This document shows positions 26,901-38,900 of a DNA stretch of 64,000 nt, one piece after another (position 1 is the first letter of the stretch; every line of letters starts with the position of its first letter). The notes beneath the pieces are model-generated. The model made no database searches. It was not told where the DNA came from and saw nothing but the letters and a program-made list of their open reading frames with translations. The translations under genes and the position numbers were made by a program. Source of the DNA: Adineta vaga. Lineage: Eukaryota; Animalia; Rotifera. The DNA is taken from NCBI GenBank assembly GCA_021613535.1, contig CP075494.1, positions 13,516,001 through 13,580,000 of the forward strand. The letters run 5' to 3'.

Positions 26901-29900
26901 ATTCAACTCGATCAGATTCATCGTCCTACTGCAACAGAATCTGTGCAATATATTGCACCAATCGATATAATTCCATCAACTGGTACCATTGTTAGAACAA
27001 CTACTGCTTTAGGTGAAGAAGAATTGCCCCAAGAAACTTCTATGAATATTAGTCAACTTCGTCAACCAATCGCACAAAGCTTCCCTACACAACAGCAAGT
27101 ACCTATTAATCTTCAACCACGTATTGGTTCTATTCGTATGACTACATCAACGCTTAGTCAAGAAGAACTATCTCATGAAACAGCAATTCGTATCAATCAG
27201 ATACGACAACAGTATCCACAGGCGACCAAACAACAAGTTTTATCTATACTTCAACAATCTTTTGCCGTTACCGAACCGATACTTGAAGAAGCTGCTCTTC
27301 ATCTCGACCAAATTCAACGTACTGAAGCACTGAAAAATGTTCAATACAAATCATCTACTGATATACAGCCATCGATTGCAACCTTCCACACTACACAATC
27401 GGCATTAGGAGCCGACGAAGCATCTCAAGAAACATCACTCAATATATCTCAAATACGACAACCAACTGCTAAACAATTACCAACACACGAAACTCCCAAA
27501 CATCAAGCGTCACTTGTCATACAACCCAGTATTGCAACCGATGCGCCAATTTTTGATCAAACTTCCCTAATAGCTAATCAAACACAACAACCTGTCAAAT
27601 CACAAACAGTTCAAGATCAAGTGTCCGCTCAACTTCCAAATACGGCAGCTACGATTTTCAAAACAGCCTCCGCTTTCGCACAAGACGATTTTCCACAAGA
27701 TACTGCAGTTAACGTTAATCAATTACGTCAACCAGCTGCACAAACTATACCTGCATTAGAACAACCACTAGTAACAGATGAACGTCCAACAGCCACCGGT
27801 ACTATCATGAAGACAACATCAGCTCTAGGTCAAGACGATCTGCCACAAGATACTGCAGTTAACGTTAATCAATTACGACAACCAACTGCACAAACTATTC
27901 CTGCAGTACCTTCAGTCGAACAACCAAGTGTGGTTGTACCAATTCAGCGAATTGAACAACCACTAGTAACAGAAGAACGTCAAACAACCACCGGTACTAT
28001 CATGAAGACAACATCAGCTCTAGGTCAAGAAGATCTCCCACAAGATACTGCAGTTAACGTTAATCAATTACGACAACCAACTGCACAAACTATTCCTGCA
28101 GTACCTTCAGTCGAACAACCAAGTGTGGTTGTACCAATTCAGCGAATTGAACAACCACTAGTAACAGAAGAACGTCAAACAACCACCGGTACTATCATGA
28201 AGACAACATCAGCTCTAGGTCAAGAAGATCTCCCACAAGATACTGCAGTTAACGTTAATCAATTACGACAACCAACTGCACAAACTATTCCTGCAGTACC
28301 TTCAGTCGAAGAACCAGGTGTTGCTTTACCAGTTCAGCGAATTGAACAACCGGTATTAACAGATGAACGTCAAACAGCCACCGGTACTATCATGAAGACA
28401 ACATCAGCTCTAGGTCAAGACGATCTGCCACAAGATACTGCAGTTAACGTTAATCAATTACGACAACCAACTGCACAAACTATTCCTGCAGTACCTTCAG
28501 TCGAACAACCAGGTGTTGCTGTACCAGTTCAGCGAATTGAACAACCGGTATTAACAGATGAACGTCAAACAGCCACCGGTACTATCATGAAGACAACATC
28601 AGCTCTAGGTCAAGACGATCTGCCACAAGATACTGCAGTTAACGTTAATCAATTACGACAACCAACTGCACAAACTATTCCTGCAGTACCTTCAGTCGAA
28701 CAACCAGGTGTTGCTGTACCAGTTCAGCGAATTGAACAACCGGTATTAACAGATGAACGTCAAACAGCCACCGGTACTATCATGAAGACAACATCAGCCT
28801 TGAGTCAGGAAGACCTACCACAAGATACTGCAGTTAATGTTAATCAATTACGAGAACCAACTGCACAAACTATTCCTGCAGTACCTTCAGTCGAACAACC
28901 AAGTGTGGTTGTACCAATTCAACGAATTGAACAACCAGTAGTAACAGATGAACGTCAAACAACCACCGGTACCATCATGAAGACAACATCAGCTTTAGGC
29001 CAGGAAGACCTACCACAAGATACTGCAGTTAATGTTAATCAATTACGACAACCAACTGCACAAACTATACCTGCAGTACCTTCAGTCGAACAACCAGGTG
29101 TTGCTGTACCAGTTCAGCGAATTGAACAACCGATATTAACAGATGAACGTCAAACAGCCACCGGTACTATCATGAAGACAACATCAGCCTTGAGTCAGGA
29201 AGACCTACCACAAGATACTGCAGTTAATGTTAATCAATTACGACAACCAACTGCACAAACTATTCCTGCAGTACCTTCAGTCGAACAACCAGGTGTTGCT
29301 GTACCAGTTCAGCGAATTGAACAACCGATATTAACAGATGAACGTCAAACAGCCACCGGTACTATCATGAAGACAACATCAGCCTTGAGTCAGGAAGACC
29401 TACCACAAGATACTGCAGTTAATGTTAATCAATTACGACAACCAACTGCACAAACTATTCCTGCAGTACCTTCAGTCGAACAACCAGGTGTTGCTGTACC
29501 AGTTCAGCGAATTGAACAACCGGTATTAACAGATGAACGTCAAACAGCCACCGGTACCATCATGAATACGTCATCAGCTCTAGGTCAAGAAGATCTACCA
29601 CAAGATACCGCAGTTAACCTCAGTCAATTACGACAACCAACTGCACAAACTATTCCTGCAGTACCTTCAGTCGAACAACCAAGTGTGGTTGTACCAATTC
29701 AACGAATTGAACAACCAGTAGTAACAGATGAACGTCAAACAACCACCGGTACCATCATGAAGACAACATCAGCTTTAGGCCAGGAAGACCTACCACAAGA
29801 TACTGCAGTTAATGTTAATCAATTACGACAACCAACTGCACAAACTATTCCTGCAGTACCTTCAGTCGAACAACCAGGTGTTGCTGTACCAGTTCAGCGA

Positions 29901-32900
29901 ATTGAACAACCGATATTAACAGATGAACGTCAAACAGCCACCGGTACTATCATGAAGACAACATCAGCCTTGAGTCAGGAAGACCTACCACAAGATACTG
30001 CAGTTAATGTTAATCAATTACGACAACCAACTGCACAAACTATTCCTGCAGTACCTTCAGTCGAACAACCAGGTGTTGCTGTACCAGTTCAGCGAATTGA
30101 ACAACCGATATTAACAGATGAACGTCAAACAGCCACCGGTACTATCATGAAGACAACATCAGCCTTGAGTCAGGAAGACCTACCACAAGATACTGCAGTT
30201 AATGTTAATCAATTACGACAACCAACTGCACAAACTATTCCTGCAGTACCTTCAGTCGAACAACCAGGTGTTGCTGTACCAGTTCAGCGAATTGAACAAC
30301 CGGTATTAACAGATGAACGTCAAACAGCCACCGGTACCATCATGAATACGTCATCAGCTCTAGGTCAAGAAGATCTACCACAAGATACCGCAGTTAACCT
30401 CAGTCAATTACGACAACCAACTGCACAAACTATTCCTGCAGTACCTTCAGTCGAACAACCAAGTGTGGTTGTACCAATTCAACGAATTGAACAACCAGTA
30501 GTAACAGATGAACGTCAAACAACCACCGGTACCATCATGAAGACAACATCAGCTTTAGGCCAGGAAGACCTACCACAAGATACTGCAGTTAATGTTAATC
30601 AATTACGACAACCAACTGCACAAACTATTCCTGCAGTACCTTCAGTCGAACAACCAGGTGTTGCTGTACCAGTTCAGCGAATTGAACAACCGATATTAAC
30701 AGATGAACGTCAAACAGCCACCGGTACTATCATGAAGACAACATCAGCCTTGAGTCAGGAAGACCTACCACAAGATACTGCAGTTAATGTTAATCAATTA
30801 CGACAACCAACTGCACAAACTATTCCTGCAGTACCTTCAGTCGAACAACCAGGTGTTGCTGTACCAGTTCAGCGAATTGAACAACCGGTATTAACAGATG
30901 AACGTCAAACAGCCACCGGTACCATCATGAATACGTCATCAGCTCTAGGTCAAGAAGATCTACCACAAGATACCGCAGTTAACCTCAGTCAATTACGACA
31001 ACCAACTGCACAAACTATTCCTGCAGTACCTTCAGTCGAACAACCAAGTGTGGTTGTACCAATTCAACGAATTGAACAACCAGTAGTAACAGATGAACGT
31101 CAAACAACCACCGGTACCATCATGAAGACAACATCAGCTTTAGGCCAGGAAGACCTACCACAAGATACTGCAGTTAATGTTAATCAATTACGACAACCAA
31201 CTGCACAAACTATTCCTGCAGTACCTTCAGTCGAACAACCAGGTGTTGCTGTACCAGTTCAGCGAATTGAACAACCGGTATTAACAGATGAACGTCAAAC
31301 AGCCACCGGTACCATCATGAATACGTCATCAGCTCTAGGTCAAGAAGATCTACCACAAGATACCGCAGTTAACCTCAGTCAATTACGACAACCAACTGCA
31401 CAAACTATTCCTGCAGTACCTTCAGTCGAACAACCAGGTGTTGCTGTACCAGTTCAGCGAATTGAACAACCGATATTAACAGATGAACGTCAAACAACCA
31501 CCGGTACCATCATGAAGACAACATCAGCTTTAGGCCAGGAAGACCTACCACAAGATACTGCAGTTAATGTTAATCAATTACGACAACCAACTGCACAAAC
31601 TATTCCTGCAGTACCTTCAGTCGAACAACCAGGTGTTGCTGTACCAGTTCAGCGAATTGAACAACCGATATTAACAGATGAACGTCAAACAGCCACCGGT
31701 ACTATCATGAAGACAACATCAGCCTTGAGTCAGGAAGACCTACCACAAGATACTGCAGTTAATGTTAATCAATTACGACAACCAACTGCACAAACTATTC
31801 CTGCAGTACCTTCAGTCGAACAACCAAGTGTGGTTGTACCAATTCAACGAATTGAACAACCAGTAGTAACAGATGAACGTCAAACAACCACCGGTACCAT
31901 CATGAAGACAACATCAGCTTTAGGCCAGGAAGACCTACCACAAGATACTGCAGTTAATGTTAATCAATTACGACAACCAACTGCACAAACTATACCTGCA
32001 GTACCTTCAGTCGAACAACCAGGTGTTGCTGTACCAGTTCAGCGAATTGAACAACCGGTATTAACAGATGAACGTCAAACAGCCACCGGTACCATCATGA
32101 ATACGTCATCAGCTCTAGGTCAAGAAGATCTACCACAAGATACCGCAGTTAACCTCAGTCAATTACGACAACCAACTGCACAAACTATTCCTGCAGTACC
32201 TTCAGTCGAACAACCAAGTGTGGTTGTACCAATTCAACGAATTGAACAACCAGTAGTAACAGAAGAACGTCAAACAACCACCGGTACCATCATGAAGACG
32301 TCATCAGCTCTAGGTCAAGAAGATCTACCACAAGATACTGCAGTTAATGTTAATCATTTACGTCAACCAACTTCAAAAATGATTACTGGAGTATCTAGAA
32401 TTGAACAGCAAGGGTCAGAAGTTGAACAGCCAGCCATTACTGTTGATATGCCAGTTAGGGAAGAAACACGTAATGTTATCGAGGGAAATCGTGCTCTGTT
32501 CGTAGAAGAAGCATCCCCGTATAGTACTACTACGGATACTGAACGAACAACCGGCGTAACTTCTTCTTCATGGGATGTGACTAGTTCAAGTTATGATCAG
32601 GATCAGCATACACAAGTCGTACAATCATCTGAATACGAAGTATCAACTGATTTGAAAGAATCATCAGGGTTTTTACATAGCAATGTGTCAGCATTAGCAA
32701 GTGACGTTGAATATGATATCAATATATCCACTAGCATTGAGGGCTACCAGCAACAACACGGATACAAATCGCAACGACCAACTGTTGTTCAAAGTCCTAC
32801 ATCACTGGTGGAAAGCGAAGAACATACTCAGTCTACTACAGTAAATCAACGTCGACAAATGGTTCCATCTGTTCAAAAAGAAGAAGAAAGAAAAGAAAAA

Positions 32901-35900
32901 CAAATAGAAGATGAAGAAATGTCACAGAAAGAGAAATCGATTTCACCTGAACCGTCGATGAATATTGACGAAGTTATTGAGACAATTCGTTTAGAAGATG
33001 AATTACTGGAACCTAAAAAGCCATTTATTGCAGATATTCCAGTACTAACCGAGGAAGAGACGTCTCTATCTATTGTATCAGTTGTTGATGTTTTGCCTAC
33101 AATCAATGAAATACCTCAAACTATCAGTGAAGAAATATCAATGCGAATTAATCAACTCGAAACTGTTCCTTCCGATCAAGTTGTCGATGAAGAACTGCCA
33201 GCAAACGGTACGGTTCCAACTTCATCAACGCAAAATCAATCAGATCAAGTTTCATCGGGATCAGAAGGCACACTAATGTCTACTACTATAGAGAAAGAAT
33301 CATCAACACCTTTAGTACAGAACATTGAAGAAGCGTCTGCGATCAAAATAAGCAAAGTGGTTGATTATATCGAAATACCAGCATCAAAAACGGATTCGAA
33401 TGAGCACAAACCTGAAGCAATAATTATTACTGAAGAAATAAAACCAGCTGATAAGATTACGCCAGCCGAAGGTATGTTCGTTAAACGTATTAGTTTTCTT
33501 CTGACAAAAATAAATAATTTTTACATATGTTTAGACGTCTCAAAACAAATTACAGATTCATCTGAAATTAGACGTTCAACTGCCGAATTAAAACCAGAAA
33601 CATTTCAACAAATACAGAGTATGATATTAAATGACTTCATTTTTATTATGAAAAACAAACACACTCTCTTATTTTAGCTCCTGACACGATTGACAAACTT
33701 ACTCCGCAATCTGCAACCCAACAAATCGAAGGACTTTCCGAAACTACTACCGATATATTATCAGTACCTATCGAATCAAACTTGTTACCCTTAGCCACAA
33801 TGCCAGATGACACATTCGTTGCAGATAATCAAGTTCAACCTGAGAAAATTGTACAAGAAGTTCTTACGGCAGCCTTTGAACATGCTGATGCTCCTCATGT
33901 TGAAAAAATTTTAGAAACTATATCAACACTTACGTCAGCTACACCAGAAACAACGGTCGACACTTATATTCAATCAAAAGATACTGCTACTGAAGAAACT
34001 ATCGAAAAAACCCAATTGATTGAAACGGCCACCGCAATTCTCGAATCTAATCTAGCCGAAAAAACAATTAATATGACATCACATATACAAGAAACCAGTC
34101 AACTGATTCAACCAACAGTTACACTCGCTCAAGCTGAAAAATTACAACATGAAGCGGCAGTCGAGTATAAAAGTGATCAACTTTCGTCATCAACAATTGA
34201 TTTTACTTTAAGCTCTGAAAACATTACCGAACAACCACCAACATCGACTGCACATACGGTAGAGCAACCGACTGAAACACAGCCAACAATCACATTTGAA
34301 CAAACCGTACACTCCGACCTAGCTCAACCAGCCAACACAGCTGAACAATCATTAGAATCAACTCAAAAATTCACATCAACATTCTTCACATCTTCAACCG
34401 AACAACCGTCCGTCACAAACACTCAGCAACAATCAAAAACATCAGAAACTATACCTGACACGACACCTATCCCTACTCTACAACAATCTCAACAAGTACT
34501 CTTACAGCAAAAACAACAAGAGTCTATTCAAACTGAACAGCATCAGACAGAATTGATATCCGATATACCACTAGACAAAGAACGACAAATCTCACCAATA
34601 CAGCAAACCAAAAAACAAGAACATAATACCGACACAGACAAACTAGAACCGGTGCAACAAGTTCCGCAGTCAAAAGAACTTCCGCGAGAATCACAACTCA
34701 ATGAAGCAAAACTCCCAGAACAAAACAAACACGTTGCTGAAGCCAAGAATTCCCAACCGGAGAAACCTACAGCCGAAGCACAAACAGTTCAACCAGAAAA
34801 ACAAATAGCTCAAGCTCAACAGGTCACACCAGCCACGGAAACTCCTACGGTTGAACACCAAAAACAAACAACTGAAACTGAGAATCTTCAAAAAGAGAAT
34901 CAAGTTGCCCATGCTCAAAATATCCCACAAGAAAATCCAACAGCCACAATACAACAATTTCAACAAGAAAAACCAACAGCTGAACCTCAGAAGCACGGAC
35001 AAGAGAAACAAACAGAAGAAGCACACAGACTTCCAGAAGAGAAAAACGTTACGGAAACTCGAACAGCGGCAGAAGAGAAACAAACATCGCAAGCTCAACA
35101 AGTTCAGCAACAAAATCAAGCCATTACATCAGGCATCACCGAACAAGAGAAACAAGTAACTGCAGATAAAAAAGCCGAAGAAGCTAATTTGGTCTTCCAA
35201 GCTGCACAAGAAAAGAAAGCTGAACAAGAGAAACAAGTAGCCGAAGCCAAACAAGCAGAAGAACAAAAGAAGGAAGCTGAAGCTCAGAAGGTGGAAGAAG
35301 CTAAACTTGCTAAACAAGCTGAACAAGAGAAACAAGTAGCCGAAGCCAAACAAGCAGAAGCAAAGAAGGCAGCTGAAGCTCAGAAGGTGGAAGAAGCTAA
35401 ACTTGCTAAACAAGCTGAACAAGAGACACAAGTAGCCGAAGCCAAACAAGCAGAAGAACAAAAGAAGGCAGCTGAAGCTAAACTCGCAACTGAATCGAAG
35501 AAAGCTGAACAAGAGAAACAAGTAACTTCAGATAAAAAAGCCGAAGAAGCTAATCAGGTCTTACAAGCTGCACAAGAAAAGAAAGCTGACCAAGAGAAGC
35601 ACGTAATCGAAGCCAAACAAGCAGAAGAACAAAAGAAGGCAGCTGAAGCTATGAAGGTGGAGGAAGCTAAACTTGCTAAACAAGCTGAACAAGAAAAGAA
35701 AGCAGAAGAAGCCAAACAAGCTGAACAAGAAAAGAAAGCACAAGAAGCCAAACAAGCCGCTGAAGAAAAGAAGGCTGCGGATGCTAAGAAAGCTGAAGAA
35801 GCTAAACTGGCCTTACAAGCTGAACAAGAAAAGAAAGCAGAAGAAGCCAAACAAGCTGCCGAAGCGAAGAAAGCTGAACAAGAAAAGAAAGCGCAAGAAG

Positions 35901-38900
35901 CCAAACAAGCCGCTGAAGAAAAGAAGGCTGCGGATGCTAAGAAAGCTGAAGAAGCTAATCAGGTCTTACAAGCTGCACAAGAAAAGAAAGCTGAACAAGA
36001 GAAGCACGTAATCGAAGCCAAACAAGCAGAAGAACAAAAGAAGGCAGCTGAAGCTATGAAGGTGGAGGAAGCTAAACTTGCTAAACAAGCTGAACAAGAA
36101 AAGAAAGCACAGGAAGCCAAAGAAGCGGCTGAAGCCAAGAAAGCTGAACAAGAAAAGAAAGCGCAAGAAGCCAAACAAGCCGCTGAAGAAAAGAAGGCAG
36201 CGGATGCTAAAAAGGCTGAAGAAGCTAAACTGGCCTTACAAGCTGAACAAGAAAATAAAGCACAGGAAGCCAAAGAAGCGGCTGAAGCCAAGAAAGCTGA
36301 ACAAGAAAAGAAAGCGCAAGAAGCCAAACAAGCCGCTGAAGAAAAGAAGGCTGCGGATGCTAAGAAAGCTGAAGAAGCTAATCAGGTCTTACAAGCTGCA
36401 CAAGAAAAGAAAGCTGAACAAGAGAAGCACGTAATCGAAGCCAAACAAGCAGAAGAACAAAAGAAGGCAGCTGAAGCTATGAAGGTGGAGGAAGCTAAAC
36501 TTGCTAAACAAGCTGAACAAGAAAAGAAAGCACAGGAAGCCAAAGAAGCGGCTGAAGCCAAGAAAGCTGAACAAGAAAAGAAAGCGCAAGAAGCCAAACA
36601 AGCCGCTGAAGAAAAGAAGGCAGCGGATGCTAAAAAGGCTGAAGAAGCTAAACTGGCCTTACAAGCTGAACAAGAAAATAAAGCACAGGAAGCCAAAGAA
36701 GCGGCTGAAGCCAAGAAAGCTGAACAAGAAAAGAAAGCGCAAGAAGCCAAACAAGCCGCTGAAGAAAAGAAGGCAGCGGATGCTAAGAAAGCTGAAGAAG
36801 CTAAACTGGCCTTACAAGCTGAACAAGAAAAGAAAGCAGAAGAAGCCAAACAAGCTGCCGAAGAAAAGAAGGCAGCGGATGCTAAAAAGGCTGAAGAAGC
36901 TAAACTGGCCTTACAAGCTGAACAAGAAAAGAAAGCAGAAGAAGCCAAACAAGCTGCCGAAGAAAAGAAGGCAGCGGATGCTAAAAAGGCTGAAGAAGCT
37001 AAACTGGCCTTACAAGCTGAACAAGAAAAGAAATCAGAAGAAGCCAAACAAGCTGCCGAAGAAAAGAAGGCAGCGGATGCTAAAAAGGCTGAAGAAGCTA
37101 AACTGGCCTTACAAGCTGAACAAGAAAAGAAAGCAGAAGAAGCCAAACAAGCTGCCGAAGAAAAGAAGGCAGCGGATGCTAAAAAGGCTGAAGAAGCTAA
37201 ACTGGCCTTACAAGCTGAACAAGAAAAGAAAGCAGAAGAAGCCAAACAAGCTGCCGAAGCGAAGAAAGCTGAACAAGAAAAGAAAGCACAGGAAGCCAAA
37301 CAAGCCGCTGAAGAAAAGAAGGCAGCGGATGCTAAAAAGGCTGAAGAAGGTAAACTGGCCTTACAAGCTGAACAAGAAAAGAAAGCAGAAGAAGCCAAAC
37401 AAGCTGCCGAAGCGAAGAAAGCTGAACAAGAAAAGAAAGCACAGGAAGCCAAACAAGCCGCTGAAGAAAAGAAGGCTGCGGATGCTAAGAAAGCTGAAGA
37501 AGCTAAACTGGCCTTACAAGCTGAACAAGAAAAGAAAGCAGAAGAAGCCAAACAAGCTGCCGAAGCGAAGAAAGCTGAGCAAGAGAAGAAAGCGCAAGAA
37601 GCCAAAGAAGCGGCTGAAGCCAAGAAAGCTGAACAAGAAAAGAAAGCGCAAGAAGCTAAACAAGCCGCCGAAGAAAAGATGGCAGCGGATGCTAAAAAAG
37701 CTGAAGAAGCTAAACTGGCCTTACAAGCTGAAAAAGAAAAGAAAGCACAGGAAGCCAAAGAAGCGGCTGAAGCCAAGAAAGCTGAACAAGAAAAGAAAGC
37801 GCAAGAAGCCAAACAAGCCGCTGAAGAAAAGAAGGCTGCGGATGCTAAGAAAGCTGAAGAAGCTAAACTGGCCTTACAAGCTGAACAAGAAAAGAAAGCA
37901 GAAGAAGCCAAACAAACTGCAGAAGCCAAGAAAGCTGAACTTGAGAAGAAAGCGCAAGAAGCCAAACAAGCTGCCGAAGAAAAGAAGGCTGCGGATGCTA
38001 AGAAAGCTGAAGAAGCTAAACTGGCCTTACAAGCTGAACAAGAAAAGAAAGCAGAAGAAGCCAAACAAACTGCAGAAGCCAAGAAAGCTGAACTTGAGAA
38101 GAAAGCGCAAGAAGCCAAACAAGCCGATGAAGAAAAGAAGGCAGCGGATGCTAAAAAGGCTGAAGAAGCTAAACTGGCCTTACAAGCTGAACAAGAAAAG
38201 AAAGCACAGGAAGCCAAAGAAGCGGCTGAAGCCAAGAAAGCTGAACAAGAAAAGAAAGCGCAAGAAGCCAAACAAGCCGCTGAAGAAAAGAAGGCTGCGG
38301 ATGCTAAGAAAGCTGAAGAAGCTAAACTGGCCTTACAAGCTGAACAAGAAAAGAAAGCAGAAGAAGCCAAACAAGCTGCCGAAGCGAAGAAAGCTGAGCA
38401 AGAGAAGAAAGCGCAAGAAGCCAAAGAAGCGGCTGAAGCCAAGAAAGCTGAACAAGAAAAGAAAGCGCAAGAAGCCAAACAAGCCGATGAAGAAAAGAAG
38501 GCAGCGGATGCTAAAAAGGCTGAAGAAGCTAAACTGGCCTTACAAGCTGAACAAGAAAAGAAAGCACAGGAAGCCAAAGAAGCGGCTGAAGCCAAGAAAG
38601 CTGAACAAGAAAAGAAAGCGCAAGAAGCCAAACAAGCCGCTGAAGAAAAGAAGGCTGCGGATGCTAAGAAAGCTGAAGAAGCTAAACTGGCCTTACAAGC
38701 TGAACAAGAAAAGAAAGCAGAAGAAGCCAAACAAACTGCAGAAGCCAAGAAAGCTGAACTTGAGAAGAAAGCGCAAGAAGCCAAACAAGCTGCCGAAGAA
38801 AAGAAGGCAGCGGATGCTAAAAAGGCTGAAGAAGCTAAACTGGCCTTACAAGCTGAACAAGAAAAGAAAGCGCAAGAAGCCAAACAAGCCGCTGAAGAAA

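Noticed and set aside
27796-32370. Regular repeat array as CRISPR or non-coding satellite
   Set aside because: There are no unique spacers, the unit is a multiple of 3, the array lies in an open exon with many synonymous variants, and the context is eukaryotic.
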